From: Ignavibacteriota bacterium
GTDB taxonomy: Bacteria; Bacteroidota; Ignavibacteria; Palsa-1295
Direction of reading: 5' to 3'
Length of the DNA stretch: 64,000 nt
Assembly: GCA_963787835.1 (NCBI GenBank)
Contig: CAWBEI010000004.1
Coordinates: forward strand, 320,001-384,000
Part shown: positions 50,147-63,480 of the stretch, one piece after another
Numbering within the stretch: position 1 is the stretch's first letter
Layout of the letters: every line of letters starts with the position of its first letter
Notes under the pieces: generated by a model
What the model was told of the DNA's origin: nothing
Database searches by the model: none
Seen by the model: only the letters and a program-made list of their open reading frames with translations
Translations under genes and position numbers: made by a program

Positions 50147-53100
50147 TTATTTAATCTGATACCAGGTCGTATTCGAACTGTTGTACATTAACATGTAGGA
50201 TTGACCCGCAGTTAGCGTAGTAGTGCTCGTCCCGCCAATAAGGACGAAACTGGTGGCGGTGGACCAGTTTCCTCCGCCAGAGTCGTTGTCGACGAGGATA
50301 ATGATACGTCCGTTGGTGGGGGATGATGGAAATGTCACCGTACTCGCGGAAGTAATGGAGGGAAGGATTATTACATAGTCCGTTGCCGAAACTGTGAAGC
50401 TGGTTGTGACACTGGTGTTGATATTTGCGGCTATACCGCCAACAAGGTTGATGCCGCCCGAGCCACCCTTGATCGTTGTTGTGGCAGCGCCAGACGTTGA
50501 GCCGATCGTAGCAGTTGCGCCTGAGCCTGTTGCAAGCGACACATTTTCCGTTGTTGAAACTGTCGCGCCATCATCGGTGATCGAGGAGCTGCCAATCGAG
50601 CCGCTCGTCCAAATAGGGACCGTGTTGATTGTGCCGGTTGTCCCTGTCATGCCTATTCCGTTGCCTACGAGCACACCTGTCTGCGTTGTTTCAATTGTGA
50701 TTGCTGGATTCGATCCACCGGTACTCGATTGTTGAGCAAACCCATTTCCGGATGCGATTGACACCCCGGTGAGGCTGTTAGTGCTCCAAGAGAGTGTGCC
50801 ACCGCTTGAGGAAAACAGTACTCCTCCAGAGGCACCAGGTCCTGCCGGCGGTAAGGTGTATGTCATAGAAGCAGTTGCGGTGCTCGCCGCCGGGACAATA
50901 GTTGTCGTAAACGCATTTGCGTTATTGGCAAGAATAATGGAGCCCAAGGCGCCACTCGCCGTTCCAAGCGTCAGCGTACCGCCATGCGTAACCGACCAGT
51001 TATTACCAGTAATGTCATTTCCGCTGGATGAGCCATTGATCGTAATTCCGACACTGGGAGTAGTGGGTGTAACAGTGAGCGTGGTAAATGCGCCCGTGTT
51101 CGGGGTTGTGCTTCCAATGGTTCCGGGAGCAGCCCAGGTTCCACCGAGCAACTGGTTCGCATTGATGGCGCCAGAAGTGGCCGTTCCTCCGTTATAGGTG
51201 AGCGAAGCGCCGCTCCTACCACCATCGCGGCAGATGTATTCGTTCCACCAGTTATGGCGCTAAAGGCAGGCGTTGCGCTGGCACCGGTGACCCAGGAAAG
51301 CGTACCCGTCGTGTTAGTTGAAGATAGAATCTGTCCCGCGGTCGGAGCGGTCGCTGGGAGTATGTAGGTCATCGTTGGCGCACTGGATGCAGGTTCGATC
51401 GTTGTAAGATTGGAATTACCCGTGGTCGCAAGTACCAAGGTTCCAAGCTGAGAACTTGTCTTTCCAAGAGTCAGCACACCATTGTGGGAAACGGACCAAT
51501 TCGTCCCAGTTATATCATTCCCAGTAGAGCTTCCTCCTATCGTCAATCCAACGTTGGAGCCAGACGGTGTAGCCGATAACGTAGTAAAAGCGCCCGTGTT
51601 CGGCGTGGTACTTCCAATCGTGCCGGGAGCGGCCCATGTATTGCCCAGCAGTTGCGTAGCATCGATAACGCCAGTACTCGAATACGTGAGCGTAGCGCCG
51701 GAACCCACGGTCATCGTGGCAGAAGTGTTCGTGCCCGTAGCGATAGCGCCAAAGGCGGGCGTTCCAGAGGAGACTGTTGTCCAGGTTGGAAGCGAGGATG
51801 CGCCCTGATAGGTTAGAACCTGACCAACGGTCGCGCCCACGTTTGAAACTTGCTGAATTGGAGCGGTCGTGGTCGTTCCTGCGACGAGTGGTGCATACGC
51901 GGTCAGCGTGCTAACACCCGTGCCGCCTGCCGCTACGTCAATGGGTGTCGTTGGGGTAGCAACATTCAATGCTGCAACGATGTCATTCCCAGCTCCCGCT
52001 GTGGCGGCAATAGTTGGATTCGGGTAGCTGCTGCCCGTAAGATCGCCGCCAGCGCTGCCGGTTGGTGCCGCGCCGGTGATTGCCACACTGCTTGCTGACG
52101 TCAACTGTCCCTCAGCATTCACAGTGAAGGTTCCGACGTGGGTTCCATCGCCATAACTGCCTGCCGATACCCCTGTGTTCTCAATATCCGCACTGACGAT
52201 CTGCCGGAACCCTGGAGCCGCAGGGCCGCCCGTCGGAGGACCTGCAAAAACGCCGTTCGCCGCTTGATTTGCCAGCGACATATTAATGGTGCCGCTTGTG
52301 GTGACCGGACTACCGGTAATCTGAAAAATGCCGGACCCGTCGTTCAGTCCAACGGATGTAACCGTTCCGCCGCTTCCGGTAGCCGTCAGCTTTCCGCTCG
52401 AGAAGCTTAACCCGGAACCCAGCGTGATCTCAGTCGGAGCAGCGGAACTGCCTGTCGGATTCCCGAGCAACAAGTTCGCCCCCTCGCTCTGAATATTCGC
52501 GTACGTTACCGCGCCATTCGTGATCGTCGTTGCGTTCCCCACGGATGTGATTGGGCCGGTTAGGTTTGCGTTCGTCGTAACTGTTGCTGCTGTTCCCGTC
52601 GTGTTCGAGGTGATGGTTGCCGGAAGATCCGTCGCTGCGATCGAGCGGAACGCCGGAGCAGAGCCAGCTCCCGAGTTTGCAAAGAATTGATTCGCAGTGG
52701 CGACCGTCGAGAGCGTAAAGGTGAGCGCCGGGGTGGTCGTCGCCGAAGAGACCGAGGTGGTGAACAGCGGACTCAGGTTCCCACTGGAGAAGGTTGTCAC
52801 CGTACCGCCGGTTCCCGTTGCCACCAGGGTAGTACCACTGAAAGTCAGTCCGGCACCCAGCGTGATCTCGCTCGGTGCCTGGTTCGTTGCTGCCGTCGGA
52901 TTTCCAAGCAATGTGGTGTGCGTCTCGTTCTGGATATTCGCGTATGTGACCGCGCCATTGGTGATGCTTGTTGCATTACCCGATGATGTGATCGGCCCTG
53001 TGAGGTTGGCATTCGTCGTAACCGTGGCCGCATTGCCAGTGATGTTACCGGTGAGCGTACTGCCATCCCACGCCGGGCCTGCTGTTACAGCGTTTGTGCC

Positions 53101-56100
53101 ATTGCCGAGCAGTAGATCGCCACTTGTCAAGCTCGTTGTACCGGTGCCGCCGTTGGCAACTCCGAGGGTTCCCGTCGTTACATGTGCTACACTGACGACC
53201 GTTGGGCCAGGATAGTTACTGCCAAGATCGCCGGTTGCAGAGCCGGTCGGCGGTGCACCCGTTACGCTGAGCGTCGTGCCTGTCACCGTGATACCGCTGC
53301 CAATCGTAAGCTCTTCCGGAGCCGCCGATGAACCACTCGTATTGCCGAGCAGGGTGTTCGTCGTCTCATTCTGAATGCTGCCGTAGTTGATGGTGCCAGC
53401 GGGGTAATCTGCCGAGACCAATGCGCGGAAGCTCGGTGTATTGGCTCCGCCCGAAGTCGGCCCTGCAAAAACCGTATTAGCCGTTTGCGTTGCCAACGTC
53501 ACCGCAAACGTCCCGCTTGAAGTGATCGTAGCCGGACTAACCGAAAGTACGCTGCTGGGAACCGTCATGCCAACGGAGGTTACCGAGCCGCTGTTCGTTG
53601 TGTTGAGCACGGAACCGGTGAAGCTAAGACCTGGGCCCAAGGTGATCTCCCCGGGTGCCGCGGAGCTGCCTGTTGGATTACCGAGCAGGGTGTTCGGACT
53701 TTCGCTCTGGATATTGGAATAAGAAACTGCGCCAGCAGCGATCGAGGTGGCGAACGTACTGGTTCCCGAACCGGTGACGGGACCTGTCAGGGTGATCGTC
53801 TGATCGCCGGTGTTCGTGCCGGAAAGATTGGAACCCGTTACGGTTCCTGAAGCAGCGACCGAAGTCGGCGTGATGTTGCCTAACCCAATAGCGATGGTTC
53901 CGCTTGTCGTGATTGGAACCCCTCCGACCGTGACACCCTGAGAACCCGAAGCATTGACGCTTGTGACCGTCCCAGTTCCGGAAGCAACATCTAACGTAGT
54001 TCCACTAAAGCTCAGCCCGGGGCCAAGCGTGATCTCGTTTGGTGTGGCCGCAGTTCCCGTCGGATTGCCGAGCAGGGAATGAATGCCCTCGTTCTGCATC
54101 TTTGCATACGTAACAGCACCATTCTTAATAGTGGTGGTTACGGTGCCGGATGTGGTGACGTCCCCCGTAAGATCGGTATTGCCGACCGCATTCGTTCCAG
54201 TGAAGGCCGCGAGATGGCCGTTGGTGCCATTCACTGCTGTGTTGACGGCAGTGGTAATATCACTTCGCAGCGCGATGGTTGCTGTTGAAGCGCCCGGGTC
54301 GGGGAGGGTGTAGGCCGTAGCCTGCCCAAGCGATGTTGCCGGCATGATCGTACCTTTGTTATAGGGACTGTTGGCTGCCACTAAGGTAAGGGTATCGAGA
54401 GTTGCGCTGAGATAATAGGGAGTTCCCGGTATAGCGGTAGTTCCAGTAGTAACGCCTGCACGAAGCATGTCGGTTGTGACTATAGAATCGTTCGGCGATC
54501 CCGTTGCAAGCCCAACCCCGGTAGTGATCGTATTGCGCGGTGCCGGCAGCCAAAAGAGGTCTTGGGTACTCCCTGTGATCGATGGGTTGTAGATGAGCAC
54601 TTGACCTCCGCCAGCCTTCGCGCTTTCAAACAACACCATGCGCGCAGCGCCAGGGTTGATGGTCAGTCCGGGAATTCCGATACCAAAGCTTTGGGAGTTG
54701 AAACTGCCGCCCGGCGTAAAAGATACGCTATCGTGTCCCGCATCGCCGGCATAAAGTACAAGGCCGCCTTTCGTCGAGCTGGCACCCGCACTAAGCACGC
54801 CGCCGGTAACATAAAGATTGGAAACCTTATCCAGCTCATTTCCGGCCAGGTTGATATTGCCCGTCATCGTGCCGCCTGCGAGTGGAAGATAGGTTCCACT
54901 AATATCTGGCACGTCCGCCGCAACAAGGGAACGGAATAGAGGAGCCCCGGTCGATCCGTTCGCAGGTGAAGCAAAAACAGTATTGTTAGATGCCGTTGCT
55001 GTACCAGTTCCGCCATTTGCAACGTTGATGACACTTGTACCATCGTTGATGGCTGTTACGATGTCCGTACCTGCTGTGTTCGCGATGGTTGTAGCGCTTT
55101 GCGTTCCGGTCACGTCGCCAGATAATGAACCAGTGAAGTTTGTTGCCGTCGTGGCGGTGGCCGCATTCCCCGAAGTGTTCGAGGTGATAGTGGCCGGAAG
55201 GTCCGTCGCCGCGATCGATCGGAACGCCGGAGCCGAGCCGCTCGTCGTGTTCGCAAAGAACTGATTGGCAGCGGTCACTGTCGAAAGGGTGAAGGAGAGC
55301 GCAGGTGTCGTGGTCGGCGTTGCGACCGAGGTGGTGAACAGCGGACTCAGGTTCCCGCTCGAGAAGGACGTAACAGTTCCGCCGCTTCCGGTAGCCGTCA
55401 GCGTGGTGCCGTTGAAAGCAAGTCCGGAGCCGAGGGTGATCTCGCTCGGTGCGGCTGCTACGCCAGTTGGATTGCCGAGCAGCGTGACCGTGCTTTCCTT
55501 CTGAATATTCCCATACGTCACGGCGTTGGCAGTGATCGAAGTTGCATTGCCCACCGACGTGATCGGGCCGGTGAGGTTGGCATCGGTGGTGACGGTGGCC
55601 GCATTGCCGCTCGTATTGTTCGTGATCGCCCCGGCTGCATCGATGACCGCGGCCGAGATGTTTCCTACCGTTGGGTTCGGATAAGTTCCATTGAGATCAC
55701 CGCCGGCTGTACCGCTGGGAGCCGCTGTGACCGTGATGTTCGACGCGCCTGTGAAGAGGACGCCATTGATGTTTGCGCCCGGCGAGAGCGCGGAAGCCGT
55801 GGCCGCATTCCCCGAAGTGTTCGAGGTGATCGTAGCCGGAAGGTCCGTCGCCACGATCGATCGGAACGCCGGAGCAGAGCCACCCGTGGTGTTCGCAAAG
55901 AACTGATTGGCAGCGGTCACCGTCGAAAGGGTAAAGGAGAGCGCAGGCGTCGTGGTCGGCGTTGCGACCGAGGTGGTGAACAACGGACTCAGGTTTCCGC
56001 TCGAGAAGGACGTTACGGTTCCGCCGCTGCCGGTAGCCGTCAGGGTGTTACCGCTGAAAGCAAGACCGGAGCCCAGCGTGATCTCGCTCGGTGCCGCCGC

Positions 56101-59100
56101 GGTGGAACTCGATGGATTTCCGAGCAATGTGCTCTTTGTCTCATTCTGAATATTTGCATAGGTCACCGCACCGTCGGTGATCGAGGTGGCGTTACCTACC
56201 GACGTGACCGGGCCGGTGAGGTTGGCATCGGTGGTGACGGTGGCCGCATTGCCGCTCGTATTGTTCGTGATCGCACCGGCTGCATCGATGACTGCGGCCG
56301 AGACACTCGCTACGGTTGGGTTCGGATAGGTTCCACTGAGATCGCCACCGGCTGTACCGCTGGGAGCCGCTGTGACCGTGATGTTCGACGCGCCTGTGAA
56401 GAGGACGCCATTGATGTTTGCGCCCGGCGAGAGCGCGGAAGCGGTGGCCGCATTCCCGGAGGTGTTCGAGGTGATGGTGGCCGGAAGGTCCGTCGCCGCG
56501 ATCGATCGGAAGGCCGGAGCAGATCCACCCGTGGTGTTCGCAAAGAACTGATTGGCAGCGGTCACCGTCGAAAGGGTAAAGGAGAGCACAGGCGTCGTGG
56601 TCGGTGTTGCGACCGAGGTGGTGAACAGCGGACTCAGGTTTCCGCTCGAGAAGGACGTTACGGTTCCACCGCTTCCGGTAGCCGTCAGCGTGTTACCGCT
56701 GAAAGCAAGACCGGAGCCCAGCGTGATCTCGCTCGGTGCGGCTGCTACGCCAGTTGGATTGCCGAGCAGCGTGACCGTGCTTTCCTTCTGAATATTCCCA
56801 TACGTCACGGCGCCGGCAGTGATCGAAGTTGCATTGCCCACCGACGTGATCGGGCCGGTGAGGTTGGCATCGGTGGTGACGGTTGCGGCGTTACCCGTCG
56901 TGCTGTTCGACAGCGTGCCGCCATTAGCCGTCAACGCGGCAATAATATCGGCGCCTGCAGCCGACGTGTTCGCGATCGTCGGATTTGGATAGGTTCCATT
57001 GAGATCGCCACCGGCTGTACCGCTGGGAGCCGCTGTGACCGTGATGTTCGACGCGCCTGTGAAGAGGACGCCATTGATGTTTGCGCCCGGCGAGAGCGCG
57101 GAAGCGGTGGCCGCTGTCCCCGAGGTGTTCGAGGTGATCGTGGCCGGAAGGTCCGTCGCCGCGATCGATCGGAAGGCCGGAGCAGATCCACCCGTCGTGT
57201 TCGCAAAGAACTGATTGGCGCTTGCCACGGTCGAAAGCGTGAAGGAGAGTGCGGGGGTCGTGGTAGAAGTGGCTACGGATGTGGTGAACAACGGGCTCAG
57301 GTTCCCGCTCGAGAAGGACGTTACGGTTCCGCCGCTGCCGGTGGCCGTTAGGGTGTTGCCGCTGAAGGCAAGTCCGGAGCCGAGGGTGATCTCGCTCGGT
57401 GCGGCTGCTACGCCAGTTGGATTGCCGAGCAGCGTGACCGTGCTTTCCTTCTGAATATTCCCATACGTCACGGCGTTGGCAGTGATCGAAGTTGCATTGC
57501 CCACCGACGTGATCGGGCCGGTGAGGTTGGCATCGGTGGTCACGGTGGCCGCATTGCCGCTCGTATTGTTCGTGATCGCCCCGGCTGCATCGATGACCGC
57601 GGCCGAGATGTTTCCTACCGTTGGGTTCGGATAAGTTCCATTGAGATCACCGCCGGCTGTACCGCTGGGAGCCGCTGTGACCGTGATGTTCGACGCGCCT
57701 GTGAAGAGGACGCCATTGATGTTTGCGCCAGGAGAGAGCGCGGAAGCCGTGGCCGCATTCCCCGACGTGTTCGAGGTGATGGTGGCCGGAAGGTCTGCCG
57801 CCGCGATCGATCGGAACGCCGGAGCCGAGCCGCTCGTCGTGTTCGCAAAGAACTGATTGGCAGCGGTCACTGTCGAAAGGGTGAAGGAGAGCGCAGGTGT
57901 CGTGGTCGGCGTTGCGACCGAGGTGGTGAACAGCGGACTCAGGTTCCCGCTCGAGAAGGACGTAACAGTTCCGCCGCCGCCGGTAGCCGTCAGCGTGTTG
58001 CCGCTGAAGGCAAGTCCGGAGCCGAGGGTGATCTCGCTTGGTGCGGCAGCTGCGCCAGTTGGATTGCCGAGCAGCGTGACCGTGCTTTCCTTCTGAATAT
58101 TCCCATACGTCACGGCGTTGGCAGTGATCGAAGTTGCATTGCCCACCGACGTGACCGGGCCTGTGAGGTTGGCATCGGTGGTGACGGTTGCGGCGTTACC
58201 GCTCGTATTGTTCGTGATCGCCCCGGCTGCATCGATGACCGCGGCCGAGATGTTTCCTACCGTTGGGTTCGGATAGGTTCCGGTGAGATCGCCACCGGCT
58301 GTACCGCTGGGAGCCGCTGTGACCGTGATGTTCGACGCGCCGGTGAAGAGGACGCCATTGATCTGTGCGCCGGGAGAGAGCGCGGAAGCCGTGGCCGCAT
58401 TCCCCGACGTGTTCGAGGTGATGGTGGCCGGAAGGTCCGTCGCCGCGATCGATCGGAAGGCCGGAGCAGATCCACCCGTGGTGTTCGCAAAGAACTGATT
58501 GGCAGCGGTCACTGTCGAAAGCGTGAAGGAGAGCGCAGGTGTCGTGGTCGGCGTTGCGACCGAGGTGGTGAACAGCGGACTCAGGTTCCCGCTCGAGAAG
58601 GACGTTACGGTTCCGCCGCTTCCGGTGGCTGTAAGCGTGGTGCCGTTGAAAGCAAGTCCGGAGCCGAGGGTGATCTCGCTTGGTGCGGCAGCTGCGCCAG
58701 TTGGATTGCCGAGCAAGGTGCTATGCGTCTCGCTTTGAATGTTCGAATACTGTACCGCGCCGGCAGTGATCGTTGTTGCATTGCCCACCGACGTGATCGG
58801 GCCGGTGAGGTTGGCATCGGTGGTGACGGTTGCGGCGTTACCCGTCGTGCTGTTCGACAGCGTGCCGCCATTAGCCGTCAACGCGGCAATAATATCGGCG
58901 CCTGCAGCCGACGTGTTCGCGATCGTCGGATTTGGATAGGTTCCATTGAGATCGCCACCGGCTGTACCGCTGGGAGCCGCTGTGACCGTGATGTTCGACG
59001 CGCCTGTGAAGAGGACGCCATTGATGTTTGCGCCCGGCGAGAGCGCGGAAGCGGTGGCCGCATTCCCCGAAGTGTTCGAGGTGATAGTGGCCGGAAGGTC

Positions 59101-62100
59101 CGTCGCCGCGATCGATCGGAACGCCGGAGCCGAGCCGCTCGTCGTGTTCGCAAAGAACTGATTGGCAGCGGTCACTGTCGAAAGGGTGAAGGAGAGCGCA
59201 GGTGTCGTGGTCGGCGTTGCGACCGAGGTGGTGAACAGCGGACTCAGGTTCCCGCTCGAGAAGGACGTAACAGTTCCGCCGCTTCCGGTAGCCGTCAGCG
59301 TGGTGCCGCTGAAGGCAAGTCCGGAGCCCAGGGTGATCTCGCTCGGTGCGGCTGCTGCGCCAGTTGGATTGCCGAGCAGCGTGACCGTGCTTTCCTTCTG
59401 AATATTCCCATACGTCACGGCGTTGGCAGTGATCGAAGTTGCATTGCCCACCGACGTGATCGGGCCGGTGAGGTTGGCATCGGTGGTGACGGTGGCTGCG
59501 TTACCCGTCGTGCTGTTCGACAGCGTACCGCCATTGGTCGTGAGGGCTGCAATGATGTTCGCGCCCGCTGCAGATGTGTTCGCGATAGTCGGATTTGGAT
59601 AAGTTCCATTGAGATCGCCACCGGCTGTACCGCTGGGAGCCGCTGTGACCGTGATGTTCGACGCGCCTGTGAAGAGGACGCCATTGATCTGTGCGCCAGG
59701 AGAGAGTGCGGAAGCCGTGGCCGCATTCCCCGTGGTGTTCGAGGTGATAGTGGCCGGAAGGTCCGTCGCCGCGATCGAGCGGAATGCCGGAGCCGAGCCG
59801 CCCGTCGTGTTCGCAAAGAACTGATTGGTGCTTGCCACCGTCGAAAGGGTGAAGGAGAGCGCAGGCGTCGTGGTCGGCGTTGCGACCGAGGTGGTGAACA
59901 ACGGACTCAGGTTCCCGCTCGAGAAGGACGTTACGGTTCCGCCGCTTCCGGTGGCCGTCAGCGTGGTGCCGTTGAAAGCAAGTCCGGAGCCGAGGGTGAT
60001 CTCGCTCGGTGCGGCTGCTACGCCAGTTGGATTGCCGAGCAGCGTGACCGTGCTTTCCTTCTGAATATTCCCATACGTCACGGCGTTGGCAGTGATCGAA
60101 GTTGCATTGCCCACCGACGTGATCGGGCCGGTGAGGTTGGCATCGGTGGTGACGGTGGCCGCATTGCCGCTCGTATTGTTCGTGATCGCCCCGGCTGCAT
60201 CGATGACCGCGGCCGAGATGTTTCCTACCGTTGGGTTCGGATAAGTTCCATTGAGATCACCGCCGGCTGTACCGCTGGGAGCCGCTGTGACCGTGATGTT
60301 CGACGCGCCTGTGAAGAGGACGCCATTGATCTGTGCGCCAGGAGAGAGCGCGGAAGCCGTGGCCGCATTCCCCGACGTGTTCGAGGTGATGGTGGCGGGA
60401 AGGTCCGTCGCCGCGATCGATCGGAAGGCCGGAGCAGATCCACCCGTGGTGTTCGCAAAGAACTGATTGGCGCTTGCCACCGTCGAAAGCGTGAAGGAGA
60501 GCGCGGGCGTCGTGGTCGGCGTTGCGACCGAGGTGGTGAACAGCGGACTCAGGTTCCCGCTCGAGAAGGACGTTACGGTTCCGCCGCTGCCGGTAGCCGT
60601 CAGCGTGGTGCCGTTGAAGGCAAGTCCGGAGCCCAGGGTGATCTCGCTCGGTGCGGCTGCTGCGCCGGAGTTATTACCAAGCAGGGTTGCGTTGGATTCA
60701 TTTTGGATCTTGGCATAGGTTACCGCGCCCGGCGTGATCGTGGTGGCAAAGCTCCCGGTTCCAGAACCGGTGACCGGACCGGTGAGCGTGATCGTCTGAT
60801 CCCCCGTGTTCGTGCCCGAAAGGTTCGAGCCTGTTACGGTGCCCGTGGCTGCGACGGATGTTGGAGTGATCGAGCCTAAACCGATGGCGATCGTCCCGCT
60901 CGTGGTGATCGGAACTCCGCTGACCGTGACGCCCTGGGAACCTGTGGCATTCACACTCGTGACCGTGCCACTGCCGCCGGTAGCCGTCAGCGTGTTGCCG
61001 CTAAAGGCAAGCCCGGAACCCAATGTGATCTCGCTCGGTGCCGCTGCGGTGGAACTCGATGGATTTCCAAGCAACGTGCTCTTCGTTTCATTCTGAATAT
61101 TTGCGTAATTAACCGCGCCATTAGTGATCGAGGTCGCATTCCCCACTGACGTTATCGGACCCGTGAGGTTCGCATCTGTCGTGACCGTTGCCGCATTGCC
61201 CGTCGTATTCTGATTGAGCGTCGGAAAATCGCTGGCGGTTGCAATGCTGAGCGCGCCCGTGCCAGTCGTCGATTTTAAGATACCCGTTCCAAGGGAAGAA
61301 GTCCCAGCGGAATAATCGGTTCCTGCGGTTCCTGCCGAGATCGCGGTTCCATTGCCCTTAAGCATTCCGGTGACGGTCGTCGAAAGGGTGATCGCCGGAG
61401 TGGTCGTCGAATTGGAGACCGTACCCGCTAAGCCATTCGCAGTTGCCACCGAGACGGAGGTTACTGTTCCGGTATTTGTAGCGCTTAGCACAGAGCCGGT
61501 CAGATTCAGCCCCGAGCCGAGCGTGATCTCGCCGGGTGCTGCCGCTGCACCCGAGTTGTTGCCGAGCAGGGTTGCGTTCGATTCGTTCTGGATCTTGGCA
61601 TAGGTCACTGCACCGTTGGTGATCGAGGTCGCATTGCCGGACGAGGTGACCGGACCCGTGAGGTTGGCATCGGTCGTCACTGTTGCCGCATTTCCAGTGA
61701 TGTTGCCTGTCATCGTGCTTGTACCGGAGTTCCATGCTGGGCCGGACGTGACCGGACTCGTGCCATTGCCGACCAAGAGTGAACCACTGGTTAACGTTGT
61801 TGCCCCAGTACCTCCGTTGGCTACGCCGAGCGTACCCGTAGTAACATGAGCAACACTCACGACGGTTGGGTTCGGATAGGTTCCACCCAGATCGCCGCCC
61901 GCTGCACCACCTGGTGTTACACCCGTGATGGTGGTATTGGATGCATTGGTGATCCTGCCTTTAGCATCAACAGTTAACGTTGGAGTGGATGTCGCGCTAC
62001 CATAGTTCCCAGCTGTGACTCCAGAAGTGACGAGCGTAGGGTTAGGGTAGGTACCTGTCAGGTCCCCGCCGGCTGCGCCGGTTGGCTGTGTTCCCGTAGC

Positions 62101-63480
62101 AGCGATAGTGATCGAGCCGGCGGTGTTCGTGATGGATATACCTGTCCCTGGGGTCAGTGTTCCGGGAGTAAGAGTGTTGCCGGTGGAATTACCAATGAGC
62201 AACTGTCCATTCGTATAAGAAGTTTGGCCAGTACCTCCGTGTGCGACAGCAACGGTACCGGTCACATTCGCAGCATCGCCTCCAATGTTCCCGGAAATCT
62301 TGCTACCATTGATGAGCGTGGTTGTTGCATTATTGATTGAATTTGCCAGCGCACTTCCCTGAGCATCGGTGAATGGGAACGATTGTGTTGCAAGCCAGTT
62401 GTTGGCATGGTTGAGATTAAGAGCAGCATTGACATTGCCCGTCGTTGGTGAAATGGAAAGGGTACCATCTGAAGCCACGTTCGTTACGCTGGTGACACCC
62501 TGACCAGGGGCTTGCCATGTGGGGTCGGCGGACGCGCCGTTACTGGTGAGTATATAACCGGCCGTTCCAGGAACGACTGTTGCCAGCGCACTCGTCCCTT
62601 TTCCGATAAGCACGCCGTGATCCGGGATCGATTGGAGTCCCGTACCGCCATTGGAGACGCCAAGTGTTCCACCGAGCGTTAGTGTGCCGCTTGTGGTGAT
62701 CGGCCCACCGCTGACGGTGAGGCCAGTAGTTCCACCGGAGGCGTTGACGCTTGTTACAGCACCGCCTGGAGCGCTGATCGTGATCGCATTGGTTCCAGGA
62801 GTGATCGTGATGCCCTGACCGGCATTGATCTGAAAATTATCGTTTGCGTCAGGCCCGAGATTGTTAATGGTGGAGACTCCCGGGCTGGATAGGAGATTGT
62901 TGGGAATCTTCGATGGAAGAAATGCAGGATCCATCTTAGCCGAGCCGGTATATCCCGAGCCGAGAGGGACCGGAAATAACTCACCTGCGACCGGTGTTGA
63001 CGAAGCGGCAAGCCCATTGACGGTTCCAGCATTGATCGCATACGGCGCAGACCATAATTCTGCGGGTGGAAGCGTAGTCGAGGGTGAACCCGAAACCACT
63101 ACTTGTAAGTAGTACTGCGACGTAAAATTCAAATTAGTCGGGAAGGGGGCGGTCGGGCCACCAATAACCATATTGAAGATCCCCTCTGTTACCACTACAT
63201 TTTGCACCGTCTCGGAATAGATCGGGTTGAGCCCCTGGTCGGTAAGCGTGACCGTGAAATTTAGGATGTTCGTACCCGGAAGCGGCGCACCGTTCTGTTC
63301 TAAGATTCCCTGGTAGGTAAAACCATCGGGAACCTGAGCTTTCACCACGGGGGTACCCCAGAAGAGTGGAAGGATCAGCCCGAGCGCCATCAGGCAACGG
63401 CACACGCTAACGGGAACGCTCACCGCGTGGGAGAATACGAGATGAGAGGCGCTAATGTGCCTCGAGAGTTTATTTGTCAT
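50147..63480 (-). CDS. Giant (~4,440 aa) secreted repetitive protein with tail-fibre-like modules; frame break near 51210
   Basis: Signal peptide ..[13 protein letters not shown]; repeats GGDL.GTYPNPT, GTVTSV, VTYA.IQN; adding one G (gtagg[g]agcggc) restores [17 protein letters not shown], matching the upstream repeat [17 protein letters not shown], and joins ORFs 50971-63480 and 50147-51151. Confidence 0.88.
55150..60720 (-). repeat. Intragenic tandem array, ~9 units of 642/645/663 bp
   Basis: Equivalent positions at 55265, 55907, 56552, 57215, 57857, 58499, 59162, 59825 and 60467; near-identical DNA. Confidence 0.95.

Noticed and set aside
58723-60879. 718-aa Arg-rich ORF and many repeated 71-91-aa ORFs
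   Set aside because: Antisense or alternate-frame shadows of the GC-rich tandem repeats in the giant gene
50147-63480. Prophage, contractile injection system or diversity-generating retroelement target
   Set aside because: No phage structural, integrase, sheath or reverse-transcriptase genes in the window; repeat variation is not adenine-specific; the gene has a host-type signal peptide
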